A DNA stretch of 64,000 nucleotides from Monocercomonoides exilis PA203 (GCA_001643675.2 LSRY02000008.1:1860001-1924000); one strand, 5' to 3'; numbered from the stretch's first letter, positions 1 to 12,832 are shown. Notes: generated by a model from the letters alone, not told the origin. Translations and numbers: made by a program.

Positions 1-3000
1 AAGCACCCACATCTTATTTTCTGCTGTGACTCTTGTGGCTGTCCCTTCCCACAACGCTGGAAGAAGCATCGTCCATGGTGATCCGCACACCAAATACACA
101 TCTTCTCCTTTTTCTGCAACATTGTTCGCAAAATCATCATTCTTCATAGAGTATTCAATATTCGTTGTTTCAAATGTCAGATGCAACCCTCCTCCTTTTC
201 CACTTCTATCTGAAACTGTGCATCCATTCATCTTGTTTTCATCAAACAACAGTTTTCCTCCATCTCCCACAATCATAACAACCCCTCCCCCAATTGCGCT
301 CACTGAATTGCATTTGCATTCCTCAAACACGCATTTGTTAATATCCACACACTTCCCATTCCCCGCTCTCCCATTCAACACCCCTCCATTCCCACTGCCT
401 CTCTGAATTGATTTGAATGTGCAGTTCCAGATTTTTGCATTAATCCCTTCTCCAATCTCAATCTCATTTCCATCATCAAAACGAGATTCATTCATCGTTG
501 TGTTCTTAATCTCAACATCTCCTCCATTTCTCAGCTCAAATAAGCTTCTTCCCTCATTTTCTCTTGTCACATTCCTCACAATCACCTCATCAATCAATCC
601 TCCAACCCCTGCTCCATCAAAAGTCACCATCCCTAATTTGGTCATTCGGATATTTTCAAATTCACAATTTGTCAACTCCACTTTCCCTCCTTTCCCGCAA
701 ATCAATCCCACACCAATACTTTCTGATTCTGCTCCAAATGAACATCCTTCAAATCTCAATGTGCTTGAACTGCACAAAAATACACACTCCTTTCTTGATT
801 CGGCAAATGTTGATATCGAAAATGACAATGATGAAAACGATATTGCTCGTTCGCTCTTTATCAAAAATTCATTTTCTCCTCCTTCGACAATTCCAATCTT
901 TGCCTTTGAAATATCTCCATCAATGTTCATTTCTTGAGTGTTGAGTGTCATTTCATCGAAAATAGAACTTCCATCGACAAGTTTCAGTGCTGCTGGCGAT
1001 GTACCAAAAACACTTGTTCCCGCATATGTCAATGTGGAGCATGGAAAGTCAGCATATCCGCACTTATGATAGTCCATCCCTCCATTCCCCCCATTCACAT
1101 ACCCAACACTCGGCTTCTCTCGAAAGAACACCACAACTGGAATCAATTTCAACTCATTCCCATCTTCTGCTCCCATAAGATCTTTTATGTTGAATCCTTC
1201 GCCTTCAATCTCAAATGAGAAGTCAAATGAAACATTATTCACCAACTGTGGCAAATCTGCTCCTTCAACAAACACATTGTTTCCTCCATGTGCCGCAGTG
1301 TTTGCTCTGTCTCCTTCTAAAAATGTCAATCCACTCATCACAAAGTCCCTTCCTCCTTCCTCGCATCTCAACAACACTCCTCCTCCATATCCCCCAACTG
1401 ATCCCTCACCACCAGCTGAACATTTCTCAAACGATGTAACCACTCCACTCTTCCCCAAACGCATTTCTCCTGTTCCCTTCAATATCACACTCATCCCTCC
1501 TCCACATCCCTTCAATGTTCCACATCCTTCAATCACAACATCATTCACCTCAACAGAACATCCATTTCCAACTTCTCCACTCACAACACTCCCATTTCCC
1601 TCCAAACTGCTCATCTTCATAATCGTGCAATTCCTCATCCCCAGCTTCTTTCCATTTTCATCCCATATCAGTCCTTTCCCTCCCATCACACATTCTTGTG
1701 CTGTCACATTCACAATCGTCAATGAACTCGATGATGATGAATAATCAATCAATCCCTTCATATTTGTTGTTTCCACATTCTCAAGCAAGGAATCCCCAAT
1801 CGAAGCCTCTCCGCTCCCTTCAGCAACAATGAATGCCTTCAATCCAAATTTCACATGAGTCATACTAAAACCTGAAATGGATAATGTCCCTCCACTTGCA
1901 CTCACAAACTTATAATTCGCAGAATCCACTCCGTTCCCCATCTTCATCCCACAATCAGCAAATCTCAATGTGCCTCCTGAAGAATGAACAAATGATGATC
2001 GCTCTCCAATCGATCCTCCCAATTCAAACAGTATCCCTGTCAATATTGATGAAACACTGTTCATCACCAACGCTTCTTGTGTTTTTGTTCCTGTTGCCTC
2101 GATTTTTATTCCAAAAGTTTTATCACTTGAATCAATCTCATATGATTGTTCATCCAACTTCACTTCTTCATCAAATGAAAATGTGCTTGTCAGTCTGATC
2201 ACTCTCTTTGAACCCTGAAACTGAACTTCTCCAACATTCCCAATTCCTCTGCATGGGTAATCTTCATATCCACACAGCCTGAATTCACTTCCTTGTTCTC
2301 TCCCACTCACATATGCTGGTGATGAAAATGTCCGAAGAAACACAACAAGTGGAACAATCAACTCCAAATTGTTTCTTTCTCTTCCACAAAGTTCATTCAA
2401 GTCTGCAACTTTAATTCCAATTTCTGGATTGAATCCAATTGAAGTGCTGTTGATGACAGCCGATAAATCCTGTGCTTCCACAAACAAATTCTTCCCTTTC
2501 CAGGCTTTGCACTCACTGAACGACATGCTCTCCAATGAAAATGTTTCTATTTGATCAGCAAGTGCAGCAAACATCCCTCCTCCAATTCCTCTCCCTCCAT
2601 TCTCAACATCCTCTGATGGCACAGCACATTCTGACAAATTCACTCCACTCACTCTCAATGTTCCTCCATTTCCCACTGATATCATCATCCCTCCCCCTTT
2701 CATTCCACTTCCACCTGAGCATCTTGATGAAAAATTGCTTTCTTCAATTTTCACATTCCCATTAACGCCCATCCCAACATTCAAACATCCCCCACCTCCA
2801 CTTCCACCTGCCACATTCACTTCCACTCCACTCACTCTGCTGTTCTTCAATTCCAATTGAACTCCACTTGTCATTGTGATTGGTGATTTCCCATTCATCT
2901 TCAGTGTCGCTCCACTTTCCATCACAAATCCATCAACAATCAGATTCCCTCCCGCCATGTCAATGATGCTGTATCCGATCTTTCCATTGGTCAATGCCCC

Positions 3001-6000
3001 GCCCTCAAATGAGATTGAACAGTTCGTCACACTGAGTGTTGATGTTGAATGGATGAATGCACTTCTCCTCGAATTCAACTGACCTTTCACAACAAATGAA
3101 AGTCGGCTCATTGTCAGTGAATTCGAACACCCAACAAGCCAATCTTGTGTGTCTGATCCTCCATCACTCACATTCACTCGAATCCTCTCTCCATCCTCTG
3201 ATGATGATGATACTATTCTGCCTGAAATTATCACACCAAATGATGATCCTGCTATTTCCTTGGTTATTGACGAAGATGAAACAACTTCAATTTCATTCAC
3301 AGTGCTGCTCATTCTTGAATTTGCACAATAATCAACTGTCAAACACCTGAATTCATCAAATCCACAATGATTGTGATCCATCCCATTTCCTCCACTCCCA
3401 TCAACAAGCACTTTTGACCCCATTGTGCACAAATACACAAACAGTGGAATCACTCCACTTTCATCCCCATTCTCACTCCCACTCAGCTGAAACACATCTG
3501 ATGGAATGGTGTTTGTGTCAAAAAAGGCAAATGTGTCTGTATTCACTTTTGACTCCAAAAACACTCCACTCCCACAATCAACAAACACATCCTTCCCATA
3601 TTCTGCAGCATTCCCATTCACTTTCGAAAACTGAACATTCTGCCCAATTGTCAATCCACATCCCTCGCTCTCCATCAACACAAACATCCCTCCTCCTCTC
3701 CCTCCTCTCCCTCCATTATTCTCTGCCTTATTCCCATCAATCACACTCGCTCCACTCACAACCACTTTCCCATTTCCCTTCAATCCAACATATATTCCTC
3801 CTCCTTTTCCACCACCACAACTGCACCCATTCACATTGCATCCATCAATTGTCAACGTTCCACTCGACCCAACTGTTCCTTTCATCCATCCTCCATCTCC
3901 CTCATTCCTTTTGATTCCGCTGATATTGCACCCTGAACATATCACACTCGTCATTCCTTCACAAAATTCAATCGCTGAATGAGCTCCAAACACAAGTGCT
4001 CCACCAATCACAAATCGTTCCGTTTTCAGGCTCCCACCTTGCACATTCACAATGCTATATCCAAAGGACACACTCGAAGTGCTCTCTGATATATGAGCAA
4101 CTGAACAGTCTGTGAGTGTGAGTGATGAGCTTGTCAAAACAATGAGCGATATTGCACTCGATAACAGAAATGGAATTTGGAACCCAATGTTCTTAATTGA
4201 ACTTGCACTCTCAACATTTATCAAATACGATGATGTCATTCCACTCGATACCTTCACATTCACATCCGTCTTGTTTGTTGTGCAATACACCTCCCATTCA
4301 TATGACCCTGCCATCGACACAACCTCTCCCAGCTCAAACCCTGAATCCAGCACAATGTCCTTCTTTGACGAACTGAATCTGTTCTGTGAAGCAAACGCGA
4401 TCGTTTTGCATGGAAAATACCCAAACCCACAAAACCACGAGTCATATCCTCCGTATCCATCTTTTTTCTTCCCCACATGTGCTGCTCCTGAAAATGCATC
4501 AAAAAACACATTCAATGGGAATATTCCCATCCCTCCCTCATTCCGATCATATCCCATCAGCTCATCATAAATAGAAACATTTCGCGAGAAATTCAGCTTT
4601 GTGGTTGTTATTGTTCCACTCACCAGCCTGCTCCCATTCACAAACACATCTTTCCCTCCCAATGTTGCACTGCAACCAACAAAACTCACTGATGTTATTG
4701 TAAAATCGAATGAGCTATCTGCCAGCCATAACATCACCCCTCCTCCATATCCACTGCACTTTGTTTTGTTGAATTTCGTTGTCCCTCCAGTATGAGACGT
4801 TGATGTTCCAATTCGAGCTTTGCTTGTTGAAGATGCCAACTCAACTTTTATCCCCCCTCCATTCCCATTCACACACTCACACCCTTCTATTGTTGTATTC
4901 CACACCACAAATGTCTCTCCTCCCTTCACGCTTTTTGCCATCACCACTCCATCCCCTGTTGTCCGATTCACATTCCTAATTGTCACATTCCCCAGCAAAC
5001 TCTCTCCTGATGAAGATCCCGCTGATGATGGTTCTGCAAACAGAGGTTGACTCATTTTTATATTTTTGATCTCCACATCAATCGTCTTCAGCTGCCTCAG
5101 CGCCACTTCAAACACACACTTCGTCATTCCACTCCCACCTGATGTTGAAGAACTGATCACCACATCCTCTAGCAAAAGTGTCCCGCTCCCCACAGACACC
5201 ACAAACACACTCGGCGATGGGCTTCTTGTTGCGTTGTGGTCGATCCCAACATGCTCCACCTCCAGTTGACCAGAAGATATGCTAAACAGTGTTGTAGAAG
5301 ACGAAGAAAGAGAATTCGTCCCAATCACACTCACTGCCTTCCCTCTCCCAACAATTGATATCTTCTTTTCCCCGACAATGATCGTCGCCCCTTCACTCAC
5401 ATGCTTCCCACTCAGCACTGTGATTGTCGAGCTCAGCTGCGCCATGCTCGAACTCACCGCATGACTCACTGTTTTGCAAGCATCTACCTCGCTCATTCCA
5501 CACATCTCGCTTGAGTCATTCCCACTCACTCCAACATATCTATTTTTTATCCCTTCATTCAACCACCATTTTTTTTCTGTATGCTGATATTTCCAACTAC
5601 CTGAATAAACATTTATGCAAACTCTCTTATTGTTTGTGTTTGTTGTATACGATTCATAGAACGGATTATTCGATGAAAAAAGATTGTGAAAATCTAAAAA
5701 ATATACGTCATGTCCATATGGAGTGGAATTACTGCATTTGCAATTATGAAAAAAAAGAAAACAGAAATAATTATTGTAGCTTGGAGGTGTGCTTTGGTCT
5801 GGATAAAAAAACATTCCTCCTCCAAATGACGTTGAGTTGCACGAAATGAATTGGACATTCCGCATTTTGAATGCAGTTGGAACATTTGTACAATATACCC
5901 CTCCTCCACTTTTTCCAGAAAGTATGCACGAAATAAATGAGCACTCAAACACACAAGCACTCTCTCCATCGCCATTTTCATCTTCAACGCATCCAACTCT

Positions 6001-7107
6001 TGAAACATTAAAATTACTAAGATAAAGTCCTCCTCCATAATTCTTCGCGGAACATTTATGGAATTCACAGCCACTGATCCTGACACATGAAGAAATAGAC
6101 CTGGCATACATCCCTCCTCCGTAATCATTTTTATCGGCGCAAGAATAAAACGAGTTGTTTTCAATTTTGATAGAATTTATTGAATCACACAAAATTCCTC
6201 CTCCATTCCAATAAGCATAGCAGTCATTGAACGAGCAATATTTAACCAAAAGCGTTCCTGATGACAAGCCATACATGAAAATAGCTCCACCATTTGAAGT
6301 TCCATTACTGGTGGATGTCGATGTTCCATTTGCTTTTGACCCATTCCACACACACCAAGTGAACGAATTCGCCCCATTGTCTGATATCTGCTGTCTCGCT
6401 GGTTTCGATGGATTCCCCTCACTTCCACTGATTTCAACATTCTGTGATCGATAGCACCTGACAAACGAGGTGTTTGAGGCAGCCAAGGAAGATGAGGGGC
6501 TGTTTAGTGAAGGGACAATTCCCCCATCATAAACATCCCACACCGACACAAATTCACATCCACTCATCAGAAACGCTCTTTGACCCAACCCTTCATCCAG
6601 ATGTGTTGTTTTCAGTGGATTTGTGGAGATGTTGAAGAATTCCAATTGGGAAAGACACACAAAATGCGATGAGATGAATGGGGCTGAAGATACACAAAAA
6701 GATGAGAAATGAGAAGAACAAACAGAAACATGGCATTTCTCTGAAATCTCTCCTTCCGCTGCTTTTGAAGAGAAAAGTGGAGGAAATATCTGTTCATTTG
6801 AAGTTGGAGTTGAAGATGATCTGAGGGAAATGTTGGTGAACAATCCGCAGCTGCCACAAAAATCAAAGGGGAATGTCTCTCTCTTAACTTCAACACCACA
6901 TCCCTTCACCACAGCCACACTCCCCCTCATACCACACACAATCCTCCCTCCCTCATGCCTCGTCAATATCATCCCTCTCAACTCAACGGACGAATTACAT
7001 GCACAAACACATCCACATACCACACTCTCCTTCCACTCTCCATCCAAGCACACACTTATTCCAAAAATACTCATAAACAATGCCATATGCATTATTTTGA
7101 TCATCAT
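1..7107 (-). CDS. Giant Cys/Gly-rich beta-helix-repeat surface protein (Pmp/pectin-lyase-like), >2369 aa, 3' end beyond the window
   Basis: Absent from the ORF track because it has no stop in the window. Manual translation from the ATG at 7107 gives MMIKIMHMALFMSIFGISVCL (signal-like), then GGAIFM/GGGMY/CxFxxC repeats and a CGMSEVDACKT motif, and was open as far as read (to ~5030). The Pro-rich antisense shadow ORFs (26, 413, 1187, 2369, 2876, 4112, 4820, 5279, 6227, 6830) all share one register, consistent with one continuous frame. Confidence 0.88.
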   Translation of the reverse strand, partial: MMIKIMHMALFMSIFGISVCLDGEWKESVVCGCVCACNSSVELRGMILTRHEGGRIVCGMRGSVAVVKGCGVEVKRETFPFDFCGSCGLFTNISLRSSSTPTSNEQIFPPLFSSKAAEGEISEKCHVSVCSSHFSSFCVSSAPFISSHFVCLSQLEFFNISTNPLKTTHLDEGLGQRAFLMSGCEFVSVWDVYDGGIVPSLNSPSSSLAASNTSFVRCYRSQNVEISGSEGNPSKPARQQISDNGANSFTWCVWNGSKANGTSTSTSNGTSNGGAIFMYGLSSGTLLVKYCSFNDCYAYWNGGGILCDSINSIKIENNSFYSCADKNDYGGGMYARSISSCVRISGCEFHKCSAKNYGGGLYLSNFNVSRVGCVEDENGDGESACVFECSFISCILSGKSGGGVYCTNVPTAFKMRNVQFISCNSTSFGGGMFFYPDQSTPPSYNNYFCFLFFHNCKCSNSTPYGHDVYFLDFHNLFSSNNPFYESYTTNTNNKRVCINVYSGSWKYQHTEKKWWLNEGIKNRYVGVSGNDSSEMCGMSEVDACKTVSHAVSSSMAQLSSTITVLSGKHVSEGATIIVGEKKISIVGRGKAVSVIGTNSLSSSSTTLFSISSGQLEVEHVGIDHNATRSPSPSVFVVSVGSGTLLLEDVVISSSTSGGSGMTKCVFEVALRQLKTIDVEIKNIKMSQPLFAEPSSAGSSSGESLLGNVTIRNVNRTTGDGVVMAKSVKGGETFVVWNTTIEGCECVNGNGGGIKVELASSTSKARIGTSTSHTGGTTKFNKTKCSGYGGGVMLWLADSSFDFTITSVSFVGCSATLGGKDVFVNGSRLVSGTITTTKLNFSRNVSIYDELMGYDRNEGGMGIFPLNVFFDAFSGAAHVGKKKDGYGGYDSWFCGFGYFPCKTIAFASQNRFSSSKKDIVLDSGFELGEVVSMAGSYEWEVYCTTNKTDVNVKVSSGMTSSYLINVESASSIKNIGFQIPFLLSSAISLIVLTSSSLTLTDCSVAHISESTSSVSFGYSIVNVQGGSLKTERFVIGGALVFGAHSAIEFCEGMTSVICSGCNISGIKRNEGDGGWMKGTVGSSGTLTIDGCNVNGCSCGGGKGGGIYVGLKGNGKVVVSGASVIDGNKAENNGGRGGRGGGMFVLMESEGCGLTIGQNVQFSKVNGNAAEYGKDVFVDCGSGVFLESKVNTDTFAFFDTNTIPSDVFQLSGSENGDESGVIPLFVYLCTMGSKVLVDGSGGNGMDHNHCGFDEFRCLTVDYCANSRMSSTVNEIEVVSSSSITKEIAGSSFGVIISGRIVSSSSEDGERIRVNVSDGGSDTQDWLVGCSNSLTMSRLSFVVKGQLNSRRSAFIHSTSTLSVTNCSISFEGGALTNGKIGYSIIDMAGGNLIVDGFVMESGATLKMNGKSPITMTSGVQLELKNSRVSGVEVNVAGGSGGGGCLNVGMGVNGNVKIEESNFSSRCSGGSGMKGGGMMISVGNGGTLRVSGVNLSECAVPSEDVENGGRGIGGGMFAALADQIETFSLESMSFSECKAWKGKNLFVEAQDLSAVINSTSIGFNPEIGIKVADLNELCGRERNNLELIVPLVVFLRTFSSPAYVSGREQGSEFRLCGYEDYPCRGIGNVGEVQFQGSKRVIRLTSTFSFDEEVKLDEQSYEIDSSDKTFGIKIEATGTKTQEALVMNSVSSILTGILFELGGSIGERSSFVHSSGGTLRFADCGMKMGNGVDSANYKFVSASGGTLSISGFSMTHVKFGLKAFIVAEGSGEASIGDSLLENVETTNMKGLIDYSSSSSSLTIVNVTAQECVMGGKGLIWDENGKKLGMRNCTIMKMSSLEGNGSVVSGEVGNGCSVEVNDVVIEGCGTLKGCGGGMSVILKGTGEMRLGKSGVVTSFEKCSAGGEGSVGGYGGGVLLRCEEGGRDFVMSGLTFLEGDRANTAAHGGNNVFVEGADLPQLVNNVSFDFSFEIEGEGFNIKDLMGAEDGNELKLIPVVVFFREKPSVGYVNGGNGGMDYHKCGYADFPCSTLTYAGTSVFGTSPAALKLVDGSSIFDEMTLNTQEMNIDGDISKAKIGIVEGGENEFLIKSERAISFSSLSFSISTFAESRKECVFLCSSSTLRFEGCSFGAESESIGVGLICGKGGKVELTNCEFENIRMTKLGMVTFDGAGVGGLIDEVIVRNVTRENEGRSLFELRNGGDVEIKNTTMNESRFDDGNEIEIGEGINAKIWNCTFKSIQRGSGNGGVLNGRAGNGKCVDINKCVFEECKCNSVSAIGGGVVMIVGDGGKLLFDENKMNGCTVSDRSGKGGGLHLTFETTNIEYSMKNDDFANNVAEKGEDVYLVCGSPWTMLLPALWEGTATRVTAENKMWVL

Positions 7108-8639
7108 CTTGTTATTAACAAGATAACAAAGAATTGATTTTCTTGTTGATCTTGATGGATCCTATTCCCTTCATTGTTAAGATTTTCTGAACTTTATTCA
7201 AACGACATAAACTTTTATTTGCATATTATTCTTATATTCAATTTATGTGATTGAATAAAAAATTATTTTATATCATAACCATATTTGCAACCTCATGAAT
7301 GTTGATGATTTTTTTTATTTCTTGTATTTGTCGTTTGATTGAAAGAAGTGTGACTTTACTATTTATATATTTTTAAATAATCTTTATTCTGATAATTTCA
7401 TTTAACTTTCAGTTTTCGGATTCATCTTCATTTTCTTTATCTTTGATGGACAATGTTTGATTAAATATCTCTTCAATTTCGTTTTTTATTCCGAATGAAT
7501 AATATTCAAAAGCGCAGATGAATGGCAAATTCATTTGCTTTCTAATTTCTATCTCGTCAATTATTGACATTTCCTTGACGGATGGAAAATTGAATTGAAC
7601 GAACCAAATGAAATTTATTTGCTTCGATAATTTGTGTGGCATTCTCCATTATAGGGAACTATATTATTATCAATTTAAAAGGCAATGGACGAGCAAAGCA
7701 AATCAGCTGGACGTTCTTTTTCTGATTTGAAGAAAGCATTTGAAAGCCAGCTGAACCGAAAAAGCATCTGCAAGCAAAACGGAAGAGACAGAAAGTCTGG
7801 TGTTTGCTGACATTAATGTTTTTGTATTTTTTGAGTGTTGATTATTTTTGTGATTCCGATCAGCTCAGAGGAATGAAATCAACAAAAATGAATAAAATGA
7901 GAAATATGCGATTATTTGAGCTGAATCTTACGGACAGACAGCGAGTGCCATTTGTGAAGATAATGAATGAAAGCATTGGGCGTTTATTGGAACTGGCCAT
8001 ATTTTTTGACATTGATCAAAAATGAAATGGAGGTGAAAAGAGAATAAGGATACTAATTTTTTACACAGAAAAGTCTGAGATTGAAGCATTCTGAGGAGGA
8101 AAGACAAGCAAAAGGGGTTATTGACGAATCTATTCACAAAGTTATTTAAAACGAAGAAGAATAAGAAGAGGAAGGGGAAGAGGAAGAGAACAGAACATTT
8201 GTCTATTTTAGATTTCAGTTTTGGAGAAAGAAAACTCAATGAATATTTCTTCATCATCATCCTCTTCTTCTTCTTGATTGGTTAGTTGGTTGAAGCGAAT
8301 GAGATGCTGCTGTGCTGGTGGCGGAAATGTCCATTTGGTGTGTTGATTGAGTGAACAAGTGAATCGAATTTTAAAGAGAGAAAGAAAGAAAAGAGAGAGA
8401 AAGAGAAAGAATATTTTTTATTTCTTTTTTTGTATGAATGGAAAATGAATGAATAATGTGATTTCTATTTGTTGTTTGTTGTTTGTTATTGTTTTTTCCC
8501 TCATTTTGTTATCCAATTTCCTGCTCATTCCATCAATCAGACATGTCTGTCAACATCAAAACGTTTTCTGCTTCATCATCATCTTCATTTTCGCTGTTGA
8601 GAGCAGTTAGGGATGATATATCACATGGAGGAGGAGGAA

Positions 8640-8910
8640 GGGAAAGAGGGAGAAAGAGAAAGAGAGAGGGAGAAAGAGAGAGGGATTAATGAGCAAATGA
8701 GCAGGAGGGATGGCATCAGTCCAGCACATCAGCATTGGCGAGGGGACAGAGGCAGAGACAGAGGCAGAGGTAGCAGGACAGACAATGCACATAGACAGAC
8801 AAAACAGACAGACAAAGAGAGACAAAACAGACAGACAGAAAAGACAAGACAAGACAAGACAAGACAGACAAGACGCAGAGAGAGACAAGATAGATCGATA
8901 GATAGATAGA
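8640..8910. repeat. Compound microsatellite (GA, GGCAGA, GACA, GACAA, GATA)
   Basis: Tandem units are directly visible. Confidence 0.9.
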
Positions 8911-9385
8911 GTGACGAGTGCGATGCAATTTTAGAGTGGGTCAGGAGGCAGCCACACCCAGTTGGCAGTGTTATTCCTCTTTTTCTTTTTTCTTTTTTTT
9001 CTTTTTTTTTTTAAATTCTGTTTGTTCATGATGATGAAGAAGAGGGGTCAGAAAGAGTGCTTTTTCTCTTTATGTTTAAAAGAAGGAAGGGAAGAGGAGA
9101 AGAGGAGCAGACTGAAGGGACAGGCGCTGAGTGAAGGCGGATGGCCTCATTTGCAAAGAATGAAAGCAGCAACATTGACGTGTGGAACATTTGTTATTTT
9201 TGATTTGTTTTCTGTTTGTTTTCTTTTTCATGGAGAAAAGAGCAGAATAAATTCTGAATATTTTCTTATTTTTATTTCTTGTTTTTTTTTGTTGTTGTTG
9301 TTGTTGTTTTGCTCCATTTCGAAGAAAATGAAAGGGGGAAAAAGAAAAAAAAAGTCAAAAGGCTTTCAAATAAACTTCGAAAACT

Positions 9386-9420
<35 letters not shown>

Positions 9421-9640
9421 GTGTTGTGAGATGGCAAAAAAAAGAAATGAAAAAAGAAAGAAAGAAAGAAATTGAATTTCTTATTTTTGAAAGGCGAAAT
9501 TCAAATCATTTCATTCTCCAAACACATTCGCAGTGCTGTTCGCTGCATAAGAAGACAATCCAGAACAAGATGCTCTGCTGAGGAAACAGATCATCTCAAT
9601 GACATCTTCCTTCCTTTCTCTCTCTCATTCTCACTCTTTC

Positions 9641-9695
<55 letters not shown>

Positions 9696-9990
9696 CTATT
9701 TCTCCCTTTCTCCCTTTCTCTCTCTCAGAAATAGCCAAACCGAATTGTTTCACCCACTTTCTTGTCATTTCGCCTTCCAACTCCAACTCCAACTCCAGCT
9801 GCCTTCAAATTGAATAAAATGCCTTTTCCAAATATTCCTCTTTCATATCCTCTTTCATATCCTCCTTCTGCTCTGCCCTCCCTCAAAACACTGCAAATCT
9901 CTCACAGCATTTTCTCCATTCCACACCGCAAAACACTCAAAAAAAAATAAAATAAAATAAAATAAAATAAAATAAAATAAAATAAAATAA
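9386..9990. repeat. Simple-repeat tract: poly-T, (TTTC)n, (AAAAT)n
   Basis: Poly-T at ~9386-9419, (TTTC)n at ~9640-9690 and (AAAAT)n at ~9944-9990. Confidence 0.9.
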
Positions 9991-11052
9991 AGCAGTTTTC
10001 TGCAACTGTCCATTTCAATGTGATCTTCGTTTCTTTCTTCTCTTTTCTTTTCTGATCTCTTTTTCCTTCCAATACATATTTCTTCTCGGCTCTCCAAATT
10101 CTCTTTTCGCTTCTGATGCAACCCGCTGATCGTTCGCCCTCACCTTTCCCAGCTCTCCTTTTTTCGATTAATCTGTCCGTTGAAAAGCCCAAGCCCGATC
10201 GATGCTCACGCTAAATAAGATCGTGACGCTCCTGGCAGTCTCGGATGTTTTCTGTGATCTCGCTCAATTAAGCTTCTTTTTTCTCTTCCTATTCAAAATT
10301 CAAAAAAAGGCAATGCGTTCCTTCGAAAAAAACTTCGCAAACTTCCCTTGTTAAGATGTTCCTCAAGTCCAGCAATTTTATTTCCACCTCTTTTCGCACT
10401 TCCGCCCTTTTCCTTCGATTTGAACCCGCTTTTAGTTATTAAAAAATTAGCCTTAGCAAAAAAAATTTCTCCGATAAATAAAAGAAATCCCCAACGCGAG
10501 CAAACACAAATTTTATGAATTCCAACATCATTCTTCTGTACAATCGTTTCTAATCAACATTCGTTCGCATCCAAAGTCAAAAGCAACAAAACAAATAATG
10601 TCTTAAATAATATTCAAAATGTCCAGCAAAAATATTTCTCACCTGAATCCGACGCTATTTGCAAACAAAAAAATGTTTATAATGTACGTTTTGCACTTGC
10701 AAAGTTTGTGGGTTATGTTCTATTTCGATGATGTTTGTAGATGTCAAAACTGTCCGCAGCCAAATCTATGGCATTTTTGCAAACACAAATTTTTCATTCG
10801 GCCGTTTTCATCTCTGCCCCTTAATTTTTCACAAATCACCCAAAAAAAATAGTCTCATCAAATAACTGTCTTCAATATATATTGTTAATCATCATAAGCA
10901 ATGACCTTCGTTTTTCTATATATAAAGCCAAAACGGTTCGTATGTTTTATGAAAAAATGAATATTATCACTAATCAATTGCATGTGTGCAAAAAAGAAAA
11001 CCGCGTTTGCCATTATCATGAAAACTCAGCCCATCAACAGTTAGGAAAATAT

Positions 11053-12812
11053 GCTTATTTCGTTTGACAGGGAAATAAAATTAATGATTTGTTGAAGTAT
11101 TTATTGAACAATTTCTAAAGCAATTCCAATAATTTTTATTCAAATATGGTAAACTTAGTAAAAAATAATCGATTTTGTTGCTTTTGAAATGCACATGGGT
11201 GATTATTTTTGAAATCATAACTTTTTTCGAGGTGTTGATAATTTTGAAAATTCATTATCATTAACCTAATAACTAACTTTTGAATATAAATGCTTTTAAA
11301 TCGTATCAAAAGCTAAATGTTGATGAAAAAGAAAGACAGAGATGTTATTTATTAGAATTATCACTTTTCCTTATTCATTAACAAAACTTTTGAAACAAAA
11401 TTGTATAACCGAAATTTTTGAACGAAAAAATTTGACTTCAAAAATTTTCACCCACATAGACAATTATTGGCAAATATGTGCCTCACAGGTTCATCGGAAT
11501 TTGCTTTTTTTTATGATAAAAGTGATTATTAATGTTCTATAAAAATTTGAACAAAATATCAATGATCGAAAATTATTCTCTGTTTAAAGGAAATTTTTCA
11601 AAATAAATAAATCTGTATAGGATCAGATTTTTATTAGTATCCCGTTTTTTATTAGATCCTAATTTTTTTCTTCTTCAATTGCTTTAAATAGAAGCTTGTA
11701 TTCAATGAGACTAATTTTAAAACAAATAATATACAGATATTGCATTAAATACTGGACATTGCAAAAAATACCGTGCAATATCGATTTCTCAATAACTGCA
11801 AAAGGAGTAATTCTGACAATTTTCCTAAAAATATATCTCATCAATACAAACTCAATTGATAAACAAAACTTTCAAAATAATATAATTTATGCTTAGATGA
11901 AATTTTTTGATGAAACTTTAGAGAAATGGGATTTGGAGTATCTCCGAGATTTAACTCATTAATTTTTCCTGAGTACAAATAAGGATATTTTAAAAGTTTT
12001 GTTTATCAATTGAGTTTGTATTGATGAGATATATTTTTAGGAAAATTGTCAGAATTACTCCTTTTGCAGTTATTGAGAAATCGATATTGCACGGTATTTT
12101 TTGCAATGTCCAGTATTTAATGCAATATCTGTATATTATTTGTTTTAAAATTAGTCTCATTGAATACAAGCTTCTATTTAAAGCAATTGAAGAAGAAAAA
12201 AATTAGGATCTAATAAAAAACGGGATACTAATAAAAATCTGATCCTATACAGATTTATTTATTTTGAAAAATTTCCTTTAAACAGAGAATAATTTTCGAT
12301 CATTGATATTTTGTTCAAATTTTTATAGAACATTAATAATCACTTTTATCATAAAAAAAAGCAAATTCCGATGAACCTGTGAGGCACATATTTGCCAATA
12401 ATTGTCTATGTGGGTGAAAATTTTTGAAGTCAAATTTTTTCGTTCAAAAATTTCGGTTATACAATTTTGTTTCAAAAGTTTTGTTAATGAATAAGGAAAA
12501 GTGATAATTCTAATAAATAACATCTCTGTCTTTCTTTTTCATCAACATTTAGCTTTTGATACGATTTAAAAGCATTTATATTCAAAAGTTAGTTATTAGG
12601 TTAATGATAATGAATTTTCAAAATTATCAACACCTCGAAAAAAGTTATGATTTCAAAAATAATCACCCATGTGCATTTCAAAAGCAACAAAATCGATTAT
12701 TTTTTACTAAGTTTACCATATTTGAATAAAAATTATTGGAATTGCTTTAGAAATTGTTCAATAAATACTTCAACAAATCATTAATTTTATTTCCCTGTCA
12801 AACGAAATAAGC
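11053..12812. repeat. Long inverted repeat / foldback element A (~820-bp arms, ~120-bp spacer), non-coding
   Basis: 11053-11872 is the reverse complement of 11993-12812 (GCTTATTTCGTTTGACAGGG...CCCTGTCAAACGAAATAAGC). Identical ORFs appear on opposite strands (11342+ / 12323-, 11659- / 12021+). No TSD found. Confidence 0.9.
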
Positions 12813-12832
12813 GGCAAGTCACAAATTAAAGT

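Noticed and set aside
26-7137. Many plus-strand Pro/Ser/His-rich ORFs (also 55034-56838 and 62063-63887)
   Set aside because: They are antisense shadows of the GA-rich minus-strand surface-protein genes.
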